Shown here: positions 13,979-27,258 of the stretch, piece by piece
Layout of the letters: the number at the start of each line of letters is the position of its first letter
Numbering within the stretch: the stretch's first letter is position 1
Source of the DNA: Tubiluchus corallicola
Lineage: Eukaryota > Animalia > Priapulida
DNA length: 64,000 bases
Assembly: GCA_030141605.1 (NCBI GenBank)
Contig: JAQGDQ010000013.1
Span: forward strand, 194,458-258,457
Direction of reading: 5' to 3'
The notes under the pieces: model-generated
Database searches by the model: none
The model's input: only the letters and a program-made list of their open reading frames with translations
What the model was told of the DNA's origin: nothing
Position numbers and translations under genes: made by a program

Positions 13979-16900
13979 AAACTACTGTATGTTTCATTGT
14001 GTTGCAATCTTTGTAAATATTTGATAAGTGAAAGTCGTTCTTTAATCCAGGTTTATAATAGTATATCGCTTTGCTCAAGCTAAATTCTTGCATATCATAT
14101 AACCTACAGGAAAGGTTGCAAAAACTTAAACTGATTCTGCATGCTAAGAAAATTTTTTACTGCATCATCAATCAGTTTATTACTAGAAAATAAAACGAAA
14201 TGATTAACTGAGCTGCTAAATTGTTAGGTTCAACTTCTAAGTGGTATTTATGTCGCAGAAGTGCTAACAAACATATGAAACAACTGAAATGGGATTTGCT
14301 GGTATGCTCAAACTGTGTAATATGAGCAGTGGTATGCAAAGTTTTTGCAACAAACAAGATTGAAGAAACTTCAGCAGTGGCAGAAATGCTTTGCTTTACA
14401 TATTGTGCATAGTGATGGAAGTTGAATGTCTGTGTTAGCATTTTCTGCAAAACTTTTGAGTTATTAAATAATTTTATGTTAGTGAATTGCTACCTCGATG
14501 AAAAGATGCACAGTTTCACCTGTAAGCTTGGAAGCAGCTCATTGTAAATATGCGATTTTTTCATATTTTAAAATAGTAGGCTATGAGTTAAATAATTTGT
14601 TGTTTTTTGCTTGAGTCTAGTTTAGAATTTAAATTTTTTAGGCCTTCCTTAGTAAACTTTTGTGACCACATTTGTTTGATCTGCTTTGTGCCTTTTTGAG
14701 TTGATGCTTTTGGTATGGAAATGTATTAATACAACAGTTGAAGTTGATAGTAAGACAGTTAACTGATACATTTGTGAGCACGCATGTTGTGATTTAATTT
14801 TACAATTGTTGCTCGAATGGTTAAATTTAAGAGTGTATTTTTTGTGTTCAAATTGGTAAAAATCATACATAATAGCTGATTTACATTCATTTAACTATAG
14901 CTTTGTAAGCCCCAAGTATTTTAATCAGACACATTTGCTGAACTTGTATTATAATTTCCTCGACATATTAAATTAGTGAGGAATTCATTTCAGGTGCATG
15001 TATATTCGTCCAGGAAACATACATTGCAAATATATTTACAGTGATAAAATAAAGAAATTAGTATCTTTCCTTTTCACTTGTAATGATTACAGTTAATTTT
15101 AAAACAAAAACATACCACTGTATCTCATTCTTACAGTTTCACTCATAAGTTTGTTCATATCTTTTGAAATGGTGTACACTATAACAGAATTTTTGTATTC
15201 GTTGCGATGGTGCAAAAATGAGTCTTGCAGGCAACAGATTGCACCTATCAGTATCGTGTTTCATCCCTCCCCAGGACATGATACGGATGTAACTTTAGCC
15301 GATGCCAATGAAAAGGTTCAGTTAAATAAAAAATTTTAGATGTTTCAGGGTATGTAGTTTTAATGGAAAGTGTTAGAGTTGATTCCATTGCGAATTGTTA
15401 GCATGTGACTGATGATAGCCAACCCATTTAAGTTTGAGCTTGGATTGTCTGATGTATACAGAAATGCATTTTTCTTGTTGGTGCTTTTGTTTCTTTGCTT
15501 GAAAGTATTGTGTCTAAAAAAGTTTGTAGTGTGATGATAATTCAAGATTGTTGGATTATCAGTAGTATATATTGTTATTGTTTTGCTCGTAGTACTATTA
15601 TTGTAGCTTAAACAGTAAAGTAAATGTTATTTGTTATGCAGTTATTATTACGATTATTTTGTTTTGTGGATCAGTTAAGCTAATTATTCACATAATTCGA
15701 GAACTGATTTCTGAATGTGTGGGTTACATATACAAGGTACATCAATTACAGATATTGCACCAATCTTTGCAAGAAATATTATTTAAGAAAAATAAAATTA
15801 AGGGGACAGACTGACAGTACAAAATCACAGAATTTTTTATTTTATAACAAGTATACATCACAACGGTTTCATAAAATTCGATGTATATACATATAACAAT
15901 AAATTATGTTATGTGTGCGCATCTAGTGAAAATGAAAAACGTGCATGAAAGGCACCAGTATATGACCACTGCATTATACAAGTTAAGTTTAAAGGCAAAA
16001 TGTACTTCACTTGTGCACAAGTTAAGCAAGCAAGTCTTAAAAGCAGACAAGTTGACAACCATTTGTCTGTTTTTCACAGGGATTTCAAAAAGCATTAATT
16101 TTTTTATAACATGTGGCTAAACTTGTAAAAAGCAAATATAAACGTGTGTTAATTATTCCAGTAAGTGTTTGTCACCTTTCTAGCACAACTTTTACTATGT
16201 AATGAAATTCATAGACCAAAACCCATTTCGTTGTGTTTAGCAGTTCAGTAAGCCTCAAAAATAACTTTTTTGAAAAAGAAATGAGATAGGTTTGAAGATA
16301 TTTCGTGTGTTATAACAATAACACAATTTAATGCAGTAACAAAACTAAGTTTATAAAACTTAACGCTAATACATGTATTTTATTACCAATACCAATTACG
16401 TTGACCATTGAAAGTTATAATATACAAATAGATGTGCAATTTTCTGTGTATTGCAATGGAGGGACAAGCAGAGGACAAAAACATTTACCTTATGTTTAAG
16501 ATTATCATTATGTAAAAGAGCTGTTATTGAAATGAAAATTAATTTTTGATTCAAAAATATTTTTCGGGTATATTAAACAGAACTCAATAAAGAAAAAACC
16601 AGGTTGCAACTGCAGCTGTCCTCTTAGTGGAGGACAGTGGAAAAAACACTATTTCGGTTTGCTCTTGAAAAGGTGTTACACCAGACAAAATGTAATAACA
16701 AGCAGTCATGTTCACAAAGCTCTCTGAAGATTTGCCATTTCAGTTTATTGCTAACAGCCTTCTTAAGGCATAAGACCACTATCCCGTCCTTTCATATACT
16801 AAATTGAACAATTTCTCAATCTCAAGGGGTGCATAATTTTGTTAAAAACAAACAGTGCAGATATTAGATACAATGCCCACACGTAAACAGTGAGATTCTG

Positions 16901-17698
16901 GTATAGCAATAAAACTTGCTTAGTGACAAAATAGTGGTTTTGTGTGAGAACTTGCTTCATAATTTTCTGTTTCATTTAATGAAGTCAGATTACTGTGACC
17001 AATAGAAATATCAGCTGTTGCAGGGCTCCTCGAAATAGATGCAACAAATATCACAAAAGCAGGATGCAGACAACTAATTGATAAAATCATGCATGACCAA
17101 GTATTGGTAAATAATTAGTCCAAATGTAACATTATAGCTTGTGAATATTATCATCCACCATGGGAATTAGGTTTGCAACTACAGGGACAAAATTGCTTCA
17201 TCGGGCCAGTTAACAGACAAAATTCATAAACGTAACCGACAACATATAAAAATACAAATACAAAATATATAACAAAAACATGCCACGCAGGACTTGCCAC
17301 CAAAACTATTAATTTTGTTGACAAAAGAAACAGAGTTTGATAATCACAGAGTCAGTGTTAAAAATAGAGACAAATCAACATTGTGCACAAAATTGTAGCA
17401 TGATCGACGATACACAACTACGAAAACTACAATGAATAAATATTGAATAAATAAAACCCCGTAAACATGGTGTTAAAAGAAAGCACAGACAGGGATGTAA
17501 GTGTAAACTTTTATATAATTTAAATAAGGCATAAGTTTTAAGCTAAACAAAGGTGGACACTTTGTAAATTTAACCTAAAAAGTGTGCATTTGCTAAAGAC
17601 TGCCTTCCAGAACGTTTCGTTCAAAATTATCAGTCTGAATAAAAAAATAACAATGATAAAAAACTGTGTCGAGTGAGATGAGCAATAAGAGACCTGTT

Positions 17699-20600
17699 CT
17701 ATAATCCTCCCTCAGTGCCAAATTCTTCTTCATCACAGCATTTGTTCTTGCACGCCTGTTACAAATAAAACCTTTTGTACTGAATGAATTGGTGTAATCA
17801 TTTCTTATTTAAGAAACTAGTTTGATGCTAATTTGTCTAAAAAGCAATGAGACATTACAATTGTTGCGATTCTCTAAAAGCCATCGCAACTAGAGCAACA
17901 GCGACCACTTCTTTAATTATCACAGTAGCAGCGAGAAGAACAATGCTCACAACAACAATGCTACGAGTTCTTTTTAAAATTGTGCAAAAACTGTAATTTT
18001 TGCTGCATCTTTGATATGCTATATATTTAATGAACTTTACTGCTGATCATCATCACGTTTGCACCATTTATTTGTTGACTTCAAAATGAGTTTTTTCATA
18101 AATTTCTGACAATACTCACCTTACATTTACAGCACAATATACACGGTGCAGCAATTAAGAGAAATGGCGAAGCCACCAACAACGATATGCCCATCAAAGC
18201 GAATATTCCTATAACTTGAGCTCTGTGCCAGATCAGTGATGCTCTGGAATGACCTAGCTTATCCTTGCAAGGTCCTTTGTCATAGTGACGTAATAAAAAA
18301 TCATCCTGAACACAAGAAATCAGGCAATTAGGAGCCAGCTCAAAACTGTGAGAGAACAAACATTATCAAAAAATGTCTGAAAATTCTAAAGCACATTTAA
18401 AAAAATTCGCAGCATTACATAATACATCAGTTGGCTCCAACTGTTACTCAGTTAGTTAAAAAAAATCTTCTTAATTAAAATTGCTTGCACCAGTAGAATA
18501 GAAGCTACGACAAAGAAAATGTTTTAGAACACCAGCATACATCAGTAGCTTAAAAACTAATGATTATTAAACTTAATCACGGATTATTACAAAATCAGTG
18601 AGCAGGCGATTATCCATTTAGAAGCCTTCATCCAGCAGTCAGTACCAGAGTTAAACTTAAAACTTTCACTTCTTCATAACAGCTAGCTTTTCTCGAAACA
18701 TAAAGTCTGCATGCAGTAAAATTATATGTATGTGTTATGCTTCATCATGTAAAAAGGCTCATTATGTAACAAATTTTACATCACTAATTATGAAGAAATT
18801 GCATCCTTATGTAGCAGATTAGTTTAGGTTTTATTATGGTTTATGGCTGAAGCTTTGTTATGGTTTAGACATGGTCTCATTACTGGAGTTTCTTCCTGTT
18901 CTTTACTGTTTTGGATATCTGTTTGGTTCCAGCTCGATCTAGTCTGGGGGTTTGGTGTACTAGCCAGTTTTCCTGTCGATGTTACTCTGAGGTCTAGTTT
19001 ACCAGAATCTTGTCTGCCTGAGAATGATCTGTCAGAGGTCTGGCTTGGCAGCGTTTGGTCTGACATGGGCATGGGTTGTCAAAACAAGAATTGGAAAATG
19101 GTCATAAACCATTTTCCAGCACAGATCCCTAGTTCTTGGTCATGTTCCATCGCAGGAAGTTGAAATTTCACACAGACATGTAACCTACTGTGGACTAATT
19201 CGCAGGGCCAACCCAGAGTAAGACCTACATCTAGAACAGAAAGAAACTGACTAAATCCAAATCCTAATTAGACCACACCGACAGTCAAGACCATAACAAC
19301 ACCCAATCATAGACTATGATTATGTTGTTACATAATGCATCATTTTTGTTACACAATTACTGTTACGAAAGGATGTAAAATTAATTACATTATGCAACAT
19401 TTTTTTATTACATATGGCCACATTGTTACATAATGAATCTTACCATGTAATTTTAAAATACAAAATGTTAGAATTTTTTAGCCACATAAGAAAATTCAGT
19501 GAAAATATATAATGATCTACATATTTATTATAGTCATAAGTTAGTCTCAAGTCAAATGAGAACACATATCAAAATTCAGAAATACATTCACTATGCTAAA
19601 TGAATTACGGGATTATTATGTGCAAATGCAGGACAGTAAAAGTTGCAGTTGCACTGTAGTACATTCAGTCTAGAAAAGTTTTTGCTGCAGGCAGCATATA
19701 TTTGTTGTTCTATATTGAGAAGTTGGCCATTTATAACTTTTGTTGAAACACTAGTTAGAGGAAGAAACATTAATGGGTAAAGAGACAAATATGGCAATTA
19801 CTTACATCAAGCGAAGTTAGACAAAACCAACAAAATACATGCTGACAGCTTTTACACATCATTTGAGCGCAACCGTCTTCTCGTTCAATAGGAACATGAC
19901 ACAGTGGACATCGCTTAATCTTTGAAGATTCGAAGGTGTGAAATGGAACCCTGTAAATATGCATAATTACATTTCAAAGACCTAAGAACAATAGAGACTA
20001 AAGCAACATTGGCCAAACAATTATATGTTTGCCCATATAATTCAAACTCGCTACCTGCACATTCCTTTAATTACTCAGAATTTATAGTCCTTGTTTTTAA
20101 ACAATAATGGACCAATACAATGCTTATGTACAAATTATACCCAGCATTTTTTCCCAGCTTTTCCTGGTTTTGATCGCAAGAAAGGTCGCCGTGCCATTGA
20201 GCTTTGCAAGTTGGACAGAACTCCAGCCCACACTGAAAAACCAAATACCATTAACAGTTTTTACTTATCTGGGCATGCTTCATTTTAAAAGTTATGGGAC
20301 CAAAAAAAGTTTTTTTGTCGACGTTATGGGAATAGAAAATAACCTTACCAAAAGGTAACTAATGATACTGTGTTTCGGTTAAGTCAACGTAATCTGAATC
20401 TTAAAATAAAATAATATATCTCCAAGGCTTCTACATGGTAGAAGCACGGATTCATTAAATTGGTAAAAACATAAAATAATAAAATTAGCTATACACCTAA
20501 TTTGAAATACTTACGTGACTGTAGCAAGAAAAAAATATTGCTATTATTAAAAACAGTTAATGTTGCTGCTAATGACAACAATATATAAAGCAAAGAATGT

Positions 20601-22295
20601 TTTCTCCACCACATGGACTGTGCATGCTTACACCTTACCATAACAATATGTACAGGAATAGACAATGACATGAAAAATAGTAAACTTACACTAGGGCACT
20701 TGGCAGGATTCGTTGGTCGTGGCTCACTAGGACAGACATGACAGACGGATTCACATCCAGCCTCCGGGCAAAACGTCCTGTACGGGTCCAACTCCACTTC
20801 CTTAGAGAACTTAAACCTGAGATATTTGTCGTAAACCTCTTTTTCTACGAGACTCTCTATCTGAATGTTTCATGAAAACAGCAACATCAAGTTTAATATA
20901 ATCTTAATTATACGAAGACACTGTCAAGAGAAAGTAACAGAAATGCATTTATAATTAAAAAGAAGATAAATTAGGAACGCCTTCTCTTAGGAAAGTGTAA
21001 GAACTTTGGAGTGGGGGTTATTGCTGATGATATTTTAAAATTTGATCATCATACAAGCAATATCATGATGTATTTGTGGAAAATAAAACTACAGATAAGT
21101 GTTCAGGCTGTGTGGTGAAGCTAAAAAAGTTCAGGCTTCCTGTGACAATTATTTATTTGTTCACTCATTTCTGCTTACATGTGCATCATGTAGTCAGACA
21201 TCGAGCAAAGTGAACAGAACAAGGTATATATATATATGTTAGCAGAAATCTAAGAGATGTAACACGTCAAACTGTTATTTGTCAATTGAGACTTAAATCT
21301 ATTTACAAAAATTCAATGGACTGATCCATAAGACTAAAAGTTTATTTTAAAAGCTTTCAAATCCTGTTGTTGGACATTATCAATAGTCATCTGCTGAATA
21401 TTAAACTTAGAAATTTCAAGTTTTAAAAAACACAAAAGTCTATTATTCCAAAAATTGAAGCTTACTTCTTTAGCATGAAAAGTCCCTGATTTTAAACATT
21501 GCGCATCAGGACAGGTAATGACTAGAACGCATCCCTCTTCTATCAACAAGGTGAGGTATCTTTTTAAACACTGAAAAAAGTTTTAAATGTTGTTGTTGAA
21601 ACACCGATAGGTTTGAATAGCTTCCAGTGAAGTAAACAAAAAAACGTTAGGTGAAGTAAGAATTGGTTGGCTACAACTCTAATTGAAAATTGTTACTCGA
21701 CTTTTCGACAATTAAAATATTATATTGACGATAAACTGATCATAATTTGCAAGTAACGAGCTATTTAGTTAGATAATTACCAATTAAAAATTGTCAGATT
21801 AATGAAACATTTTTTTTAAAATGAATATACACAACTATATCGTAATTTACGCATGCAGACAGACATTTAAATTCTGCTTTTGCACATAGAATTTAGTTTT
21901 TTCTGTGAAATGCTGGCTCATTAGTTTACTGAATGCCCTGTGCCCAGCCATTCACTGAGAACAATCCTGCCCATCATCAAAATATTGTATCAGAAAAGAA
22001 TGATAGATGGAAAATGCGTACTTTACTACTGATCTGTCACACAATCTAGTTGCTTTAAGCCAATTCGCTCTGTCGTTAAGTGATTTGCTCCGAGCCTTTT
22101 AGTATGTGCTTGACAATAACTATGATTACTTACCAAAGTACAATAGATACATTTACACTCTGGTATTTCAAACATATCACATGGATGACATTCATTAAAA
22201 CACAAGCGGCAAGTTATTAAAGGTTCTAGTGGTAACTCAGATGCTGACATCTGCTGGCTAACAGAGAAAACGCTGCTGGAACTAGAACTTGCCAT
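17699..22295 (-). CDS. RNF144A: RBR-type E3 ubiquitin ligase RNF144 (RING1-IBR-RING2-TM), about 305 aa, 7 coding exons
   Basis: Exons on minus: 22295-22134, 21570-21466, 20860-20690, 20232-20141, 19950-19806, 18305-18120, 17755-17699 (TAG); 918 nt with consistent phases. RING1 CRLC..C.C.YCTLC..CPDAQC; [25 protein letters not shown]; RING2 [33 protein letters not shown]; then [23 protein letters not shown] and a hydrophobic TM segment ending PCILCCKCK, all typical of RNF144. Confidence 0.93.
18710..19445. mobile_element. Degenerate inverted-repeat (foldback/MITE-like) element in RNF144 intron 5
   Basis: The left arm CATTATGTAACAAATTTTACATC..CTTATGTAGCA (about 18760-18815) aligns with the reverse complement of the TTGTTACATAATG repeats at about 19320-19440. 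Boundaries are approximate. Confidence 0.5.
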
Positions 22296-23216
22296 GATTA
22301 CATTTCAGTCCAAGCGTGTTTGTGTGTGCATCTGAAAAATACAAAAGAAAACGAAATTATATAACAATTGGTATGTTACTACAGTAGTATAAAAAATAAA
22401 ATTTAAATAATATTTTAAGTATAAGATGCACGCTGAGTATAACACAGGCACATGGTACATATGCATGAACAACAATGTATGTATAACTTTTCAGTTTCAT
22501 TTAATAATTTACACAAGATTACCAAGTATTATAGACTCATACTGTGCATTTATGACTAATCGAAATTAAAAAGAATTCTACACATATCATTAATTCTAAA
22601 ATTTCGTAAAAATTTCAAGTGTTCAGTAGTTACTCACACACCCCGGTCTCGGGGTGTAGGAATGTACAAATTTATGCATAATATACAGATTTTAAGAGTG
22701 TCGCGTATTTCTAATTTTTTAATCTGGCAACCCCAAGACTTAGTTAGGGGTTATTCTACGCACAACACATTTGCTCGATTTACGTAAAAGTATATTTTCA
22801 GACTAACGTCGAGTAAATAAAATTGATTGAAGAGCGTCATTATTGCTATAAAATATATAAAAATAAGCTTTCCATTTTACCTTAATCCTTACATTTTATT
22901 TTATGTGAAACCTTAATACTTTAACATCAAGTAAAAATAACGAAAGCGGAAGTGATGTAATAACTAAACCGGATATTGATAATATAGGCGCATCGTAGCG
23001 ATTCCATGAATCTGGGCAACAGACACGAGTTATTCAGCTAAACTCCAAGCTCTTTGCAAAATTTTAATGATTTAAATTAAGCTAAGTAACAAAAATAGTG
23101 ATCACTAATCAGGAGTTTAGGCATTCCAACAAAAAGGTAATTTTTATCTGATTATCATTACATTAGAAATTCCTGCACTGCAACTATTTTAACAGCCAAG
23201 TGTTAGTTTTGATAAC

Positions 23217-23747
23217 TATGGGCGAGCATCTCTACCAGAAAGCGAATTCGAATCGAATTTGTGACCTTCGAAATCTAATCGTGCGGAATTTCATCATTTC
23301 AAATCAAACCCGAATTGAGTTTAAATTCACCAGTTGGTGAGTACACTATCTATCGAGTCAAATTGGCTCTCATGATGATAATCGTTTATGGCGTGCGGGC
23401 TGTGTAATTTGCATTACAGACCTGCAAACAGCTCTGAACCGGAACTGAGTTTGAAAGATTTTCGAACCACCATTAAAAAGTAGTCTCACAAAGAGACATA
23501 CACGTTACTTGTTTTTTTTTGTTGTGCACTAAAAAATGCTAATAACTTGTTTAAAAACTGTGCACCAAAATCGCAGGTAAATTGTGCTGAAATGCATAAC
23601 GTTTTGAACATTACAATGATAAAGAGCGTATGTGGTTGAAGTTCTCAATTATTTGAATCTATAATTTTAGGTTTGAATCGCGTTTGAACTAAAAAAACTC
23701 CCTTAATTCAAATAAACTTCGATTCAAATGTTCTATGCTCTCCCCTA
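23217..23747. mobile_element. hAT-type MITE, about 530 bp
   Basis: Imperfect TIRs TATGGGCGAGCAT and TAGGGGAGAGCAT; 8-bp target duplication TTGATAAC (23209-23216) and TCGATAAC (23748-23755); subterminal TTCGAA/GAATCG motifs. Confidence 0.7.
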
Positions 23748-24289
23748 TCGATAACATTGCGTAAAGTTCGAAAAAATAATCAGAACATTCGAAAACCACT
23801 CTTCACTCACTAATTAAACAAAAGTATAACTTACTCTGTTTTGTCAATAAGATCAATAATGTGTTTTTTGGCGAATTAATGATGGTTTTTGGACCACAAT
23901 GGGACTGTATGTGAACCAGTGACGTTTTACCACTTTGTGCAAACATATAATTTACTAAGTGTTTTATTTTCTAGTTACATAACTATTTGAAACAGTTGCG
24001 CATAATACTAAGTAATAATAATAACATTGTGTGGAAAGTCTGGGACTTTTTATAAAGCTCCCCTACATCCATATACAAAAATTCCATATGTACGAGTTCC
24101 GTGGTTTACATTTACTTAGCTCAAAAGACCATTAGAGCTTGTAAGTTTCCAGACATTTTCTTCTATACTATGCTCAGTATGCATGCACATTTCACAGGGC
24201 TATTTCTCCACAGAGGAAAATCTCGGTCGGCATTTCATTAGCACAGACAGTCTTTTTTATCTTTGATAGTTGTCAAATTTTTTGTCATA

Positions 24290-24401
24290 GACTCATAATG
24301 CAGCAGTTGTTTGTCATATAAATATAATAGATATTGCATTGCTTTGTTTATATATTGTCGATGTACTTGAATGTAGTGTTAGCGCAATAAACTGAACTGA
24401 A
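24290..24401 (+). mobile_element. Possible LINE (L2/CR1-like) 3' tail fragment
   Basis: TG-rich stretch ending in AATAAA followed by (CTGAA)n, a typical non-LTR retroposon 3' end. Confidence 0.35.
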
Positions 24402-27258
24402 AGGATAGGCATACTGAAACAATGACCGGGCCAAGGGCGTAAATACATAGTATTTATAACGTCCTTGGACAATGGACAGGGTCACCATCAAATCTGTTGT
24501 GTTGTTCTTATTAGCTGTCGTATGGTCGAGGTATTATACGATCAAAGGGCAGTAGATTAAATCTAATAAAAAATCGTTAAATCTAAGGCTACTTAACTAC
24601 TTAAATCTAATTACACTGATCCCGTATATGAAGTACTCCATTTGTAAATTTTTCCACTGTCACAAAAAATAACAGCAGGAAAATAATCTAAAACAAGACA
24701 ACTAATTTAATAAAAAGCAATAAAATTGCATTGTACCTGATTACGTGTGCTTCTTTTATTAAAATTTTGCACTAGGGCAAAAACAAGAATAAGCATAACG
24801 CTTGCCAGTTGCAGTAGTACAATCCAGTGCTACAGGCATGTAACTGTGAACGAAAACTATTCCTAATTCCCAAAATGAAAGTATCAGTACTAAAACAGCC
24901 AACTAGATAACTTGTATGTGTATGTGTGTGTTAGGCAGGAAATGGTCTCAATCATTTTCAAAATACTGATACATAATTATATTGATACGGATCAGCTGTT
25001 CCTTTTGTACACAGACAACTACACAGCGCTACAAAACTAAAGCTCAGTACAGGTAACCTGATTTGATTTACTACATCAAACAATCATACTGTAAATCACT
25101 AAACTGTTATTGTTTTTGGTGAATTAACCGGGAAAATAAATAAATAAACATAGTATAATTATACAACGTTGACAGATTACTGAGTGAAAGCTAACTTGAG
25201 GTAAAAAAAACTGCAGAGTTACACAAATTCTGGCATCAAAATTTGCTACATATAAACCATAACCCATATTTCAGCACAGTGTTTCTGAAGATGCTTTACT
25301 CCTGTTGGCCACACACAAAAGTATAAAGGTTATTACAAACATATGGCATCACAATCATTATGTATTTTAACAATGCATAAAAACAACAAAAAATATTAAC
25401 TAAGGCTCGCTAAATATAAACGTTTTTACAACTTGCTATGTTATATCAAATACGACTAGAAACAAAAATGATTAAGCCTCATGTTATCGTAATGAGATTA
25501 AGTTGCTAAATACGAGTTAATCATTATACAAGCACTCATTTGTATAATCATAGCATTTTAAGCATCGTAACAAACTTACAATATTGATATAATAGCACAC
25601 ACACTAAATATAGGAGGCAAACCATTTTTGATTAGGCTATTAGTATGTTGAATGTATTAAATAATTAAAAGCCAAATCCACTGTAACGTTGATTGCACTG
25701 CAATATTTTGTCAAAAAACGGCACAGCATATATTATTAGCAATAATGCTTACTGATCATAGAAGGCAGGCTTGGTAGCTATTTTAATCTGTGTAGAAGAC
25801 GAGGCATGAATTAGTACGAAGCTATCTTGATCACAGATATGTGATTTGGCATTAAAAAGGTGATTATGTCATTTTAAAAGGTGTAACGTACACGAGACTC
25901 TGTTAGTTCAAATGAGCTGTGACAACCGACAATATTCACAAGAGCAGTGCTGATCAAAGTACAATTATTATAGATAATGAAAAAGGAAACGTTACAACTC
26001 ATTTATTAATAGACGCAAATAATTGGTACCCCATTGTTAATATCCTTAGTTAGTTTTAGAAAATGCCAAAAGGGTAAACTCATTGAGTAAGTAAACGCAC
26101 AGAAAAGTATATAAGCCTCTAATGAAATTTAGGACGGCTCAATTCTGTGTCATTTAAAAAACCAGGTTAAGTGTGTATTTACATCTCAATTTAAGTTTTG
26201 CGACTTATAGATGGCACAAAGCTGAAATGGCACCGTAAGTCATTTGACATTTTGACAATAACAATTTTTAAGCTTCTTGTGCTGCACTACTGTACAGAAA
26301 GTTCTGGAAAAATTCAGCAAGAAAAATCAACATTTTATCTAGTGTTAATTCTATATAGATAAAATTTAAAAAATTTTGGAACAATTTAGAATGAAAAACC
26401 AAGTTTTTATGTAAATTATTGACATTAGCATTTACCAGTATAGCTGATATGTATGAACAGCATATTATAAAAATGCATTCAAATTAACTAACCAAAGGCA
26501 TTCAAAAACAGGAGGCCATTTTTAACAGACATGTGTAATTCAGTAGGCATTAAATTTTACGAGCATTCATTGAAAACTGCTAGAAAATTATTATTTCTCA
26601 ACTCATTTTACATCGACTTTATGCCTAAAAGCAGAGAAACGAAAACCTTGGCATTCATTTAGCCTAAACTTGTACAAGAACATTCTTTCATTTTTGTGTT
26701 AGAACACAACTGGAAGTTGAAAATATTTCATGTTGCAACAATATTACTGCAGTTGTGATGCAGACTTCACTAACCCATACAATGCTGTAGCTGCTGTTCA
26801 GTTTTTATTGAACATATTGGTAGAAGCTGCTGATAGACATATTAAATTATAAACTTTATCAGGAAGATTTCAAAATAAACTAGAAATAAATCTCAGGTAA
26901 GATAATGCAAGTGTCTTTGTCTTTGATATGAAGTCTGGCAAAGTTCAATTTTTCAGAAACGTGTATGTTACTTGGTGCACAATTACACTAACTCTACTAC
27001 ATGAATATAGTTGTCTACACAATGCAAAATTAAATGGTAATTTAGTTGAAATGCTCCAGTGACACTTATTATTAGCCAGTTTCGTGCCAGGTATCACATT
27101 TTCAGAATGCTAGCAATAACACATTCGTTTGATGTGTTAAGTTATTTTTTGCACCTTAAATATGCATGTGATCTTTTTGAAATCATCTGATATTTTCAGT
27201 TCCCATTTGTTAGCACTGTCTTGGGCTAAAACTTTGTAAATTATGATAAATAAGTACT

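Noticed and set aside
18824-19163. Overlapping ORFs inside RNF144 intron 5
   Set aside because: They lie within an inverted-repeat element, and the RNF144 model is complete without them.
24030-24160. GGAAAGTCTGGGAC resembling the RNase P/MRP CR-I motif
   Set aside because: No matching CR-V; similar TTCCAGAC(A/T)TTTC motifs recur at about 51120-51150, pointing to a repeat fragment.
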